From Guillardia theta CCMP2712 (lineage: Eukaryota; Protista; Cryptophyta): a stretch of DNA of 64,000 nt. Location of the stretch: assembly GCF_000315625.1 (NCBI RefSeq), contig NW_005434613.1, positions 209,309-273,308 on the forward strand, given 5' to 3'. The translations under genes were made by a program, and so were the position numbers. The notes beneath the pieces were generated by a model. It saw only the letters and a list, made by a program, of their open reading frames with translations. It ran no database searches and was not told the origin of the DNA. Shown here one piece after another: positions 26,257 through 37,228 of this stretch (position 1 is the first letter of the stretch; every line of letters starts with the position of its first letter).

Positions 26257-27612
26257 ATGCCTATTGCCACGAGATTGCTCTTGCTGGTTGCCCTGGTATG
26301 CACTCTTGCGATGTCCCGCATGATGATGTACTGCCGCTAATGTTCAAGCGAACAGGGGAACATGGCAGTCTCCTTCAGCCTCCCAGTGTTGCAAGAGGAA
26401 CCATCAGGTGGGAAATTAGTTGCTGTTCCTCACGGAGCCAGTATTCCGGAAGGTGCAACGTCAGTGCCAGAAGGACTCAGAATGCCAGCTCATGTTGTCG
26501 CAGATGCAACACAGAGAGCAAGGCTGAGCGGCAAGGTGAGAAGCAGGCAGTAGAGGAAACGTTGGAGCAGAGGGGATCGGGAGGGAAGGAGGGTGGGAGG
26601 TTGGGATGAAGGGATACTGTTATCTGGTATATTATTCGTCCTGAGACAGATTGTGATCGTATTTGCGTACCTGCAGGCAGTGGCAGTTGATATCCCCAAG
26701 TCAGCCATACAGGGAGCGAGCAGTTTCTCAGACACGCTGGCTCGCAAGACCAGCCACAGGCAGAGGATGACTACCATGCGGGACAGCCAGATCGGTGCGA
26801 GAAGCTACTCCCGCGGCGTTGAGGGCTGAGGAGCTTGCTGGCAGGGGACGGGGCTGACCAGATCTCGGGTGATGGAGCGACGGCAAAACGACAGCCCGTG
26901 GATGAGGTGCCGATACTTGCCTTTCTGATAACTTCGCTCCTCCTCCTGTCTCTTAGAGCCTGCCGTGCCCTTATGGATCTCGCATTGAACCCTTCTTGCG
27001 GCCCTTTACCATTCAGAGCAGAAGCATAGTTCTTCCCCCTTCCTGCTTCATACCAGAAATGGCGTGTATTTCTCTGACTGTGCAACGCTGGGCTCCAGGT
27101 CTCACGACTCATCTCGATGCTCCCGTATGCGTTCGGGATGGTTGCAGTTGCTGTTGTGCTTGTACTATGCTTGATCGGAAGGTGAGTGCTGATCTTTCAG
27201 AGCCTGTTGCGCTCTCGCCAGGCTTTCTTCCTCCTCTCTTCCTCCTTCTTCATCCTTCCTTCCTACTTCTTCCTCCTTCTTCCTCCTTCTTCCTCCTCCT
27301 TCCTCCTCTCTTCCTCCTCTCTTCCTCCATCTTCCTCCTTTCTTCTTCCTCCTTGCGACGTATGCTTCAGAGATCTTTGTGACGTATGCCTTGTCAGGAT
27401 TTCCAAGTACGTGTCCTCAGAGAACTCATCGTATTTCGCCAAGGATGGTTCTCAGGCACAGCACAAGTCTGTGCCCAAGGGTGTGGTAAGTCCCTTTTGC
27501 AATGTTGTGCACTCTTGGAGGTCGTGAGGTTCAAACCGTCTTTGTCTGCGATGTCGTTGTGTAAGGAGAGCGGCTCTCTTTATGTGGTATGATGTATCCG
27601 AGCACTCTCTGA
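26257..27612 (+). CDS. Hypothetical single-pass membrane protein (signal peptide plus C-terminal TM); multi-exon
   Basis: MPIATRLLLLVAL start, plausible GT-AG exon chain, TM MLPYAFGMVAVAVVLVLCLIG at ~27118-27180. Confidence 0.45.
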
Positions 27613-27770
27613 CTGTTGAGCACAGGGAGGGATGGGGAGAGTGGGCTTCCGAAGGTACTAGACAAGTCTTGTTGCAATTCTTATTATCGAAACAAAGGGA
27701 GATTGTAAATAAACGTCTTGCTACTCGCACCGAAACGCCATGGAGGTGTAAGAAAGCAAACGGAAGGACT

Positions 27771-27895
27771 AGGTCGGGGTAGTCGCTCAGGTGTGCCCAG
27801 GGGGCGCAGAGCAGGGGGGAGGGAGAGTGGAGGAGGCAGATGTCAAGGGGGTAGAGGGCAGCGACGGCATCATCGATGGAGGGGAGGAAAGACAT
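27771..27895 (-). pseudogene. Truncated MYB paralog (first ~42 codons only)
   Basis: MSFLPSIDDAVAALYPLD...SDYPDL nearly identical to the array genes; similarity stops abruptly at 27771. Confidence 0.85.
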
Positions 27896-29024
27896 GGGAG
27901 GAGGGAGGGAGAGTGAGTCTGAGACGGGGAGAGGGAGGTTTATATTGGAAGGGAAAGGGTCAGCAAGTCGACGGAAATCGCAATGGTTCGGGGGGGATAA
28001 ATCCAGGTGGTCACATGGTCTACCTCCCCCGCGCCTGTGTCCCTTTTCATGAGGTACCGTTGGTTTTCACTTACTTGTGGGAGTAGTAACAGAGCGACAT
28101 TGAGTCACTTCAACAAATATTCAAGGATGACGAGGTAGACGAGTCGGAGTAAAGCGATTTTCCGGCTTTCCAGTCAAACGTCTCAGTGAAGTTTCCTGAC
28201 CCCTTGATTTGGCCAGGCAGGCGGATCGGACCGACCGACCGAAATTATATCACTCTTAAAAGTTGGAACGACAGGATGGCGATCACGTGACTGATTGACT
28301 AAACTCATTCAACATCTCCTTTACTCAAAGTTAAGTTAAACATCAGTATCAGTAGTTCTTCCCATTGCGGGCTCCTCACAGCAGCAGCAAGCTCCGACTC
28401 TTTTATTCTGACAGAGTCAGAGAGTTCGATGAGCTTCGCTAGCTGGACGATCGAAACCTTCCAGTCACAATCGCGTGAACCTCCTTCGTTCAAGGTACCG
28501 GCAAGCTAAGGCCTTCACATGACGCATCCTGATTGAGCAAGAGGAGGCAGCCGGTGAAACTCAATCCTACAGTACCCTACCATATCGCACCATTGCAAGC
28601 ATCAAGAGGCGGGTTCGCTTCACGTATCTCTACACCCCTGGCGTCTGTTATCTCAACTGAATGAGACGAGCAGTTCACAATCTGACAATGAGAGCGGACT
28701 TGCTCCCATCCAGCCCTTGAGCTGTGTGCAACAAGTGCACCTCAAAGAATCTCATCACTACGTGATCCAGCGCAAGTACATACTTGCACACTTGAGTCAT
28801 GTAGAGGTCAGCCCTGACACGAGAGACTGACAGTCTGTCATGTTACTGCAGAGGTACCAACCATGTCCAGAGCAGGGATCACGGCAGAGAGCACCACACG
28901 CTTAAGCCTTGAACAAGGCAGAACGGTCTTGTGTAAAACCAGTCTACTTAACACACAACCCGAGTCAAGAGCTTCATTGCTACACAACAAACACACAATC
29001 AACTCGACCACCTATACTTGCTCC

Positions 29025-29597
29025 TTACTGCCTCCAGCTCCCTGCTCGCCTCCTCTCCTTCTCGTAGTGCTTCTGCGCGTGTGACCGTACTTGCTCGCTC
29101 GTCTTCGTCCCGATGTACGCTGCCATCTTCGCCGCCGTCCCCCGCCCCAGCCCCACCCCCGCCCTCCCCGCTTGCCTCCCCGTGCCTCTCCCTGCCCGGC
29201 CGTACAGGGAGAGGGCCTCGAGGAAGCGCCTGTGCTCCTCTGCCGACCACACTGACCGGCTCGCTATCACGATGTAGGACGTGGAGGAAGCCGTAGACTC
29301 CGAGGAGCTCGCGACGTCGGGGGAGGAGGGACAGAAGGCAGACGGGAACGATGAAGGCGGGAGGGCAGGGGCTTGGCTCAGACGGAGGGGCTTGTCGGGG
29401 TCCTGCCCGGCGGGAGCCAGCGGCAGGACGCCGGGGCGTGCAGGGCCGCTCGGGGCGCTGTAGAGGAGGGGAAGGTCGGGGTAGTCGCTCAGGTGTGCCC
29501 AGGGGGCGCAGAGCAGGGGGGAGGGGGAGTCGAGGAGGCAGATGTCGAGGGGGTAGAGGGCAGCGACGGCATCATCGATGGAGGGGAGGGAAGACAT
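29025..29597 (-). CDS. Single-repeat MYB-related transcription factor, SHAQK(Y/H) class, copy A
   Basis: WSAEEHRRFLEALSLYG...IGTKTSEQVRSHAQKHY; intronless. Confidence 0.9.
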   Translation of the reverse strand: MSSLPSIDDAVAALYPLDICLLDSPSPLLCAPWAHLSDYPDLPLLYSAPSGPARPGVLPLAPAGQDPDKPLRLSQAPALPPSSFPSAFCPSSPDVASSSESTASSTSYIVIASRSVWSAEEHRRFLEALSLYGRAGRGTGRQAGRAGVGLGRGTAAKMAAYIGTKTSEQVRSHAQKHYEKERRRAGSWRQ

Positions 29598-30912
29598 GGG
29601 AGGAGGGAGGGGGGGGGAGGATAGGGGAGGGAGGGAGGACGGGGGTAGAGTTGCCGACCGGGCCGGGCAGAGTTTGCCCGGCGAGCGATGCGGCCCTCGA
29701 CGGGCACTGAGCGGCTCGGGCCGCGTCGGCCCCGGAGTCGCGGAGCCTCGGAGGTTTGGACCCTACAGTTGAAATATGAATTCTTCCATTATCAAGTTAC
29801 AAAGGTGCTCGTGACCGTGTGACTTGAACTGCGACCGTCCGGGACGGGCCCGAGACCAGGTTACGTCGGCTGACTGATTTCGACTGTTATCCCGACTCGG
29901 AACCGCTCGGTCTTGCTAGCCATGAGGATACAGCCAGACGAACCAGTCGTCGCCTACCGTAGTAGCAGTCCGAGGTAAAACTCCCCCCTGCCAACGGTGC
30001 CATCACGGCGGCCCCCCACCCCCGTTTTACTGTGGGTGGAGCGAACGATTCCTACTAGCATATCCCCGGCGAACCGTTGCTACATGGGATCCTTTTCATT
30101 CTCCCCCGGCCCCCTCGCCCCCCGGGGCCTACCGTACTGGGCCGCAAGCATTAAGTTGTAAGTTGCCGCGTTGCGGCTCGCCGCTGGCAGCCAGTACCGT
30201 CACGGCCCGGCCCGGCGGGCCGTATGATGGTACAGTACTGCTCAGCCCCGGTGCAGCCCGGCGTGTGACTCAGTCTGTGTTTGGAGATGATCCCGGGATA
30301 CCAGAGGATGATTGAACTTGAGTTTGGCAAAGCAGTATCTTTGTGCTAACTTCAGTGGCATTGGCCGCTACTTGCGGCCACTCCGAGTCAGTGACTCTCT
30401 GTAGTACAAACGTGCCGACTCAGGGCCTGTTGGGCAACAGCAACTGCAAAGTACGGGAGTCCCTTGCCGCCCAATCCTGCTCAATACAATCATCCTACTG
30501 CGGAGGACTGAGCTCCCCTTCGCAGAGCTCTGATAGCCTGGTTCAGGGTTTAGGGTTTACCCCTGACAGCCCTGTCTGTCGTGCTATCCAGCAGGGACTA
30601 CCACCAGGATGTAAGTTCAACAGCGATAGGCGTCAACATGAAGATATGGTCGAGTCATAGCTGGCGATGGTGAGAGGGGATTTCGACCGGGTGAAGCAGA
30701 TGAACGGATAGCAACAAACTTCTGCTCGAGGCAGAGAGGGAGCAAACGACGTCCCCGCACCAACAGCACCTCTTCCTCCTCGTACCACTTGTCAGCCCAA
30801 GTCCATACGACACCTGACTTCAGACACAAGAGCGCTGGAACCGGACTTATTACCAGAAGGATACCGAAGATAGAGGGTCACTTCATTACTCAGTCATCAC
30901 ACAACAGCACCT

Positions 30913-31506
30913 CTACTGTTTTCTCCCTGCTCGCCTCCTCTCCTTCTCGTAGTGCTTCTGCGCGTGTGACCGTACTTGCTCGCTCGTCTTCGTCCCGATG
31001 TACGCTGCCATCTTCGCCGCCGTCCCCCGCCCCAGCCCCACCCCCGCCCTCCCCGCTTGCCTCCCTGCGCCCGTCCCTGCCCGGCCGTACAGGGAGAGGG
31101 CCTCGAGGAAGCGCCTGTGCTCCTCTGCCGACCACACTGACCGGCTCGCTATCACGCTGTCTCCGCTGCCTGCACAGTACGATGATGGCGAGCCGCCCGC
31201 CGTAGACTCCGAGGAGCTCGCGACGTCGGGGGAGGAGGGACAGAAGGCAGTCGGGAACGATGAAGGCGGGAGGGCAGCGGCTTGGCTCAGACGGAGGGGC
31301 TTGTCGGGGTCCTGCCCGGCGGGAGCCAGCGGCAGGACGCCGGGGCGTGCAGGGCCGCTCGGGGAGCTGTAGAGGAGGGGAAGGTCGGGGTAGTCGCTCA
31401 GGTGTGCCCAGGGGGCGCAGAGCAGGGGGGAGGGAGAGTGGAGGAGGCAGATGTCAAGGGGGTAGAGGGCAGCGACGGCATCATCGATGGAGGGGAGGGA
31501 CGACAT
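30913..31506 (-). CDS. MYB-related SHAQKH factor, copy B
   Basis: Same domain; different linker (AGGSPSSYCAGSGDSV) and C-terminus. Confidence 0.9.
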   Translation of the reverse strand: MSSLPSIDDAVAALYPLDICLLHSPSPLLCAPWAHLSDYPDLPLLYSSPSGPARPGVLPLAPAGQDPDKPLRLSQAAALPPSSFPTAFCPSSPDVASSSESTAGGSPSSYCAGSGDSVIASRSVWSAEEHRRFLEALSLYGRAGTGAGRQAGRAGVGLGRGTAAKMAAYIGTKTSEQVRSHAQKHYEKERRRAGRKQ

Positions 31507-32626
31507 GGGAGGAGGGAGGGAGAGTGAGTCTGAGACGGGGAGAGGGCTTGGGGGTTTATATTGGAAGGGAAAAGGGTCAGCAAGTCGACGGAAATCGCAA
31601 TGGTTCGGGGGGGATAAATCCAGGTGGTCACATGGTCCACCTCCCCCGCGCCTGTGTCCCTTTTCATGAGGTACCGTTGGTTTTCACTTACTTGTGGGAG
31701 TAGTAACAGAGCGACATTGAGTCACTTCAACAAATATTCAAGGATGACGAGGTAGACGAGTCGGAGTAAAGCGATTTTCCGGCTTTCCAGTCAAACGTCT
31801 CAGTGAAGTTTCCTGACCCCTTGATTTGGCCAGGCAGGCGGATCGGACCGACCGACCGAAATTATATCACTCTTAAAAGTTGGAACGACAGGATGGCGAT
31901 CACGTGACTGATTGACTAAACTCATTCAACATCTCCTTTACTCAAAGTTAAGTTAAACATCAGTATCAGTAGTTCTTCCCATTGCGGGCTCCTCACTGCA
32001 GCAGCAAGCTCCGACTCTTTTATTCTGACAGAGTCAGAGAGTTCGATGAGCTTCGCTAGCTGGACGATCGAAACCTTCCAGTCACAATCGCGTGAACCTC
32101 CTTCGTTCAAGGTACCGGCAAGCTAAGGCCTCCACATGACGCATCCTGATTGAGCAAGAGGAGGCAGCAGGTGAAACTCAATCCTACAGTACCCTTCGCA
32201 CCATTGCAAGCATCAAAAGGCGGGTTCGCTTCACGTATCTCTACACCCCTGGCGTCTCAAGTGAATGAGACGAGCAGTTTACAATCTGACAATGAGAGCC
32301 GACTTGCTCCCATCCAGCCCTTGAGCTGTGTGCAACAAGTGCACCTCAAAGAATCTCATCACTACGTGATCCAGCGCAAGTACATACTTGCACACTTGTC
32401 ATGTAGAGGTCAGCCCTGACACGAGAGATTGACAGTCTGTCATGTTACTGCAGAGGTACCAACCATGTCCAGAGCAGGGATCACGGCAGAGAGCACCACA
32501 CGCTTAAGCCTTGAACAAGGCAGAACGGTCTTGTGTAAAACCAGTCTACTTAACTCACAACCCGAGTCAAAAACTTCATTGCTACACAACAAACACACAA
32601 TCAACTTGACCACCTATACTTGCTCC

Positions 32627-33163
32627 TCACTGCCTCCAGCTCCCTGCTCGCCTCCTCTCCTTCTCGTAGTGCTTCTGCGCGTGTGACCGTACTTGCTCGC
32701 TCGTCTTCGTCCCGATGTACGCTGCCATCTTCGCCGCCGTCCCCCGCCCCAGCCCCACCCCCGCCCTCCCCGCCTGCCTCCCCGTGCCTCTCCCTGCCCG
32801 GCCGTACAGGGAGAGGGCCTCGAGGAAGCGCCTGTGCTCCTCTGCCGACCACACTGACCGGCTCGCTATCACGATGTAGGACGTGGAGGAAGCCGTAGAC
32901 TCCGAGGAGCTCGCGACGTCGGGGGAGGAGGGAGGGGCTTGGCTCAGACGGAGGGGCTTGTCGGGGTCCTGCCCGGCGGGAGCCAGCGGCAGGACGCCGG
33001 GGCGTGCAGGGCCGCTCGGGGCGCTGTAGAGGAGGGGAAGGTCGGGGTAGTCGCTCAGGTGTGCCCAGGGGGCGCAGAGCAGGGGGGAGGGAGAGTGGAG
33101 GAGGCAGATGTCAAGGGGGTAGAGGGCAGCGACGGCATCATCGATGGAGGGGAGGGAAGACAT
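32627..33163 (-). CDS. MYB-related SHAQKH factor, copy A' (12-aa in-frame deletion)
   Basis: Near identical to copy A, lacking ALPPSSFPSAFC. Confidence 0.9.
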   Translation of the reverse strand: MSSLPSIDDAVAALYPLDICLLHSPSPLLCAPWAHLSDYPDLPLLYSAPSGPARPGVLPLAPAGQDPDKPLRLSQAPPSSPDVASSSESTASSTSYIVIASRSVWSAEEHRRFLEALSLYGRAGRGTGRQAGRAGVGLGRGTAAKMAAYIGTKTSEQVRSHAQKHYEKERRRAGSWRQ

Positions 33164-34494
33164 GGGAGGAGGGAGGAGGGGGGAGGATAGGGGAGCGAGG
33201 GAGGGAGGGAGGGATAGAAGAGGTAGAGTGGCCCATGGGAGCGAGGGGGCCGGGGGAGAATGAAAAGGATCCCATGTAGCAACGGTTCGCCGGGGATATG
33301 CTAAAACGAGGACTGTTCAACGGGTTGTTGCGAGGGGGGGTACTCACAACTTGATTAGAAGGGGTGGGGGGCCGCCGTGATGGCACCGTTGGCAGGGGGG
33401 AGTTTTACCTCGGACTGCTACTACGGTAGGCGACGACTGGTTCGTCTGGCTGTATCCTCATGGCTAGCAAGACCGTCGCCGCGAGCGGTTCGGGAAAACA
33501 GTCGAAATCAGTCAGCCGACGTAACCTGGTCTCGGGCCCGTCCCGGACGGTCGCAGTTCAAGTCACACGGTCACGAGCACCTTTGTAACTTGATAATGGA
33601 AGAATTCATATTTCAACTGTAGGGTCCAAACCTCCGAGGCTCCGCGACTCCGGGGCCGACGCGGCCCGAGCCGCTCAGTGCCCGTCGAGCCGCGCCGCTC
33701 GCCGGGCAAACTCTGCCCGGGGCCTACCGTACTGGGCCGCAAGCCGCATGATTAAGTTGCGGCTCGCCGCTGGCAGCCAGTACTAGTACCGTCACGGCCC
33801 GGCCCGGCGGGCCGTATGATGGTACAGCCGTGACTGCTCAGCGCCGGTGCAGCCCGGCGTGTGACTCAGTCTGTGTTTGGAGATGATCCCGGGATACCAG
33901 AGGATGATTGAATTTGGCGAAGCAGTATCTTTGTGCTAACTTCAGTGGCATTGGCCGCTAGCCACTCACTGACTCTCTGTAGTACAAACGTGACTCAGGG
34001 CCTGTTGTGAGGCAACAGCAACTGCAAAGTACGGGAGTCCCTTGCTGCCCAATCCTGCTCAATATGATTCCTACTGCGGAGGATTGAGCTCCGGGGCTTC
34101 ACAGAGCTCTGATAGCCTGGTTCAGGGTTTAGGGTTTACCTCTCACAGCCCTGTCTGTCGTGCTATCCAGCAGTGACTACCACCAGGATGTAAGTTCAAC
34201 AGCGATAGGCGTCAACATGAAGATATGGTCGAGTCATAGCTGGCGATAGCGAGAGGGGATTTCGACCGGGTGAAGCAGATGAACGGATAGCAACAAACTT
34301 CTGCTCGAGGCAGAGAGGGAGCGTCTAACGTCTCCGCACCAACAGCACCTCTTCCTCCTCGTACCACTTGTCAGCCCAAGTCCATACGAGACCTGACTTC
34401 AGACACAAGAGCGCTGGAACCGGACTTATTACCAGAAGGATACCGAAGATAGAGGACAGTCACTTCATTACTCAATCATCATACAACAGCACCT

Positions 34495-35088
34495 CTACTG
34501 TTTTCTCCCTGCTCGCCTCCTCTCCTTCTCGTAGTGCTTCTGCGCGTGTGACCGTACTTGCTCGCTCGTCTTCGTCCCGATGTACTCTGCCATCTTCGCC
34601 GCCGTCCCCCGCCCCAGCCCCACCCCCGCCCTCCCCGCCTGCCTCCCTGCGCCCGTCCCTGCCCGGCCGTACAGGGAGAGGGCCTCGAGGAAGCGCCTGT
34701 GCTCCTCTGCCGACCACACTGACCGGCTCGCTATCACGCTGTCTCCGCTGCCTGCACAGTACGATGATGGCGAGCCGCCCGCCGTAGACTCCGAGGAGCT
34801 CACGACGTCGGGGGAGGAAGGACAGAAGGCAGACGGGAACGATGAAGGAGGGAGGGCAGCGGCTTGGCTCAGACGGAGGGGCTTGTCGGGGTCCTGCCCG
34901 GCGGGAGCCAGCGGCAGGACGCCGGGGCGTGCAGGGCCGCTCGGGGCGCTGTAGAGGAGGGGAAGGTCGGGGTAGTCGCTCAGGTGTGCCCAGGGGGCGC
35001 AGAGCAGGGGGGAGGGGGAGTCGAGGAGGCAGATGTCGAGGGGGTAGAGGGCAGCGACGGCATCATCGATGGAGGGGAGGGAAGACAT
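34495..35088 (-). CDS. MYB-related SHAQKH factor, copy B'
   Basis: Near identical to copy B; start placed at ATG 35088 by homology with the other copies. Confidence 0.9.
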   Translation of the reverse strand: MSSLPSIDDAVAALYPLDICLLDSPSPLLCAPWAHLSDYPDLPLLYSAPSGPARPGVLPLAPAGQDPDKPLRLSQAAALPPSSFPSAFCPSSPDVVSSSESTAGGSPSSYCAGSGDSVIASRSVWSAEEHRRFLEALSLYGRAGTGAGRQAGRAGVGLGRGTAAKMAEYIGTKTSEQVRSHAQKHYEKERRRAGRKQ

Positions 35089-35588
35089 GGGATGAGGGAG
35101 GAGGGGAGGGGGGAGGGAGGGAGGGAGGGATAGATCAGGTAGAGGAGGCAGTGAAGGGATGAGATAGAGAGGAAGAAAATACCGCATCCTTTGCGGGGAA
35201 AAAAAGTTGCTGGTGGTCTTTATTCATATCCTCCTTGTACCCCCTATTATCACCTTTACATGTACCGGTGTTCACAGTGCCGACCTTTTAAGACAGGTGT
35301 AACCATCCAGGCGAGTTCGCGATATCGCAGCGCTTGGATGGGGCAAGACCTAACAGATGTCATCAATCACGGTACCGTCAACTTGGCCTTGAACCCCCCC
35401 CCCCTACCCCTACTCTTCACACTCAAAGATAAAAAACTCTCAAGTTCAGTTGACTGCTCTGTAAAGAAGAAATTTACCAGGCTCAAGGCAAGTTTCAGTC
35501 TGAGCGCCCGGGCCCCGGCGCCGGGGGCCGTACGATCAACACCGTGGCATCCGAACTGAGTGACTTTGATTGTCCTCGTACTGATTTT

Positions 35589-36066
35589 TAACTTAACTTT
35601 GAGTAAAGAGTGAAAAGGTCTTGACGCCGGCAAACCTTAACAGCGCCGGGGCCGCGGCGTGGCGGCCCGGGAGGCACCAGCCCCTTGGAAGAAGCCTACA
35701 GTACTAGGACAGCGGCCCGGGTGTGCTCAGGAGCGGCGGTGTATCGGGACCCTGGCTTTCATCCGTTTGCGTGCTCGTCTGTTTCGGCAGTATCGCTCTC
35801 GTATGGGTCTTGCCGTCCTCCTCGCAGGAGCCTTGCGCTACTGCTCTTTGTCCTGATCCTTGTTCCCCTGCTTGTCTTGCCTGCCGTCACTTTCGTGGTT
35901 CAATGGAGTACTACCGCGGTTTTGCTGCCTCCTCCGTTTCCTGGTGTGTAAGTTTATTGAGGCGGCTTTATAGGTTTTCTCCTTTTCCTCCTCGTTTGCT
36001 CCGGTTTGCCTTTCCTTTTTCAGTCAATCAATCGGAAATTGACAAGGTTTACTCAAAGTTAAGTTA
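35589..36066. mobile_element. Possible MITE-like element or inverted motif pair
   Basis: Perfect 19-bp inverted repeat TAACTTAACTTTGAGTAAA (35589-35607) / TTTACTCAAAGTTAAGTTA (36048-36066). Confidence 0.35.
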
Positions 36067-37228
36067 GAGGACAGTCTCTCTGAATGTTCCGAAGTTCTTT
36101 TGACGCGGACTGAGACTGCCGCGGCGGCCCAGAAGCGCTCAACGGTAGAGAGAGCTCTGTTGGTGTATCGAGAGATACATGCACAGCTCCCCTGGACCAC
36201 CTTCCACGGATATCATGCAGCAAGTTTGTCGAAACAGCAGCAATTGCAATGGCAACGGGAGGAAACTGCAAGTAGATGCTGCAGCAAGTAGATGCCGAGG
36301 CTCAAGTAGATGCTATTCCAGGAAACCGTCCGACCTATTCCTCCTAGCAAATAACCATTCCTCACCATCATCGCAAATCACTTCTTCAACTCCTCTGGAG
36401 AGACATCTTCCTCCTCTTCATCCCGAAACCACAGTGTTACCTCCTAGGTCTCAACGTGCCACGGCCAGCCTCCCCGTCGTCCTGGACGTCACTGTCTGAC
36501 CTCTGGCATCTTTTCCCTCCTCCTCTTGCACCTAAGAGTCAACGAAGGCCTGCCGGTAGAGGAAGCAGAGGATCTCCTCGTCATATGACATGTTTCTCTG
36601 CCTAGATGTTGAACATCCCTCCAGGTCTTAGAGAAGAAGCCTTGCTCTCTCTCCGAGGGGAAACAACCTCGTCCTCAGACAAGCGAGGAGGCTTCTTCCT
36701 ACGGGTCCTACTTCCTCTCCAGATATCTCCATAACGTACAAAAGTGTTCTCCAGAACAAGAGCAAGCTAACAGAATAACTATATTCTTTAGATAATTCAC
36801 ATTAGGAGATCTCTTCTTCGAGCTCGAGCTACCGCATCACTCCTGCTGTAAACATGCGCCAGCTTCGTCCAAGTATCTCCCCCCTCCTCTCCTCTCTGAT
36901 CAATCCTCCTCACCCGCTGTCCTGCTCGCTGTCCCCGTACCTCAGCGTATGCGCCTATGACATTGTTGTCGCCTATCCGAATAGAGACTGTCAGTTAGAA
37001 AGGCTCAAGCCTTCTCCCTCGCTCCCTCTCCTCTCGCAATGACCACTGGCTCCTCCCTCCAATGTTGCCTTTCTGCTTTCCTGCTGCCAGTCTCCTATCT
37101 ACCTCCCTCCCGTGTCATTGCTATGCCGCTTGCCTTCCATCCCACATAGCTCCTTGCTCGATTCCAGCTGTCTATCTCTATCTGGCTGCCTTTGCTTCTC
37201 GTACTTGATCTCTTTTCCCTCACTTCGC

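Larger units (their letters stand above)
27771..35088. repeat. Tandem segmental duplication with ~3.6 kb period, two MYB genes per unit
   Basis: 27771-31381 aligns by eye to 31382-~34970, including the intergenic blocks. Confidence 0.92.

Noticed and set aside
28305-28493. 62-aa ORF duplicated at 31922-32110
   Set aside because: Non-ATG start, no recognisable motif, and the conservation is explained by the recent duplication.
29025-35088. MYB genes as the Myb/SANT partner ORF of the Harbinger element
   Set aside because: They are SHAQKY-class, lie outside the TIRs, and Harbinger partners are MADF/trihelix-like.
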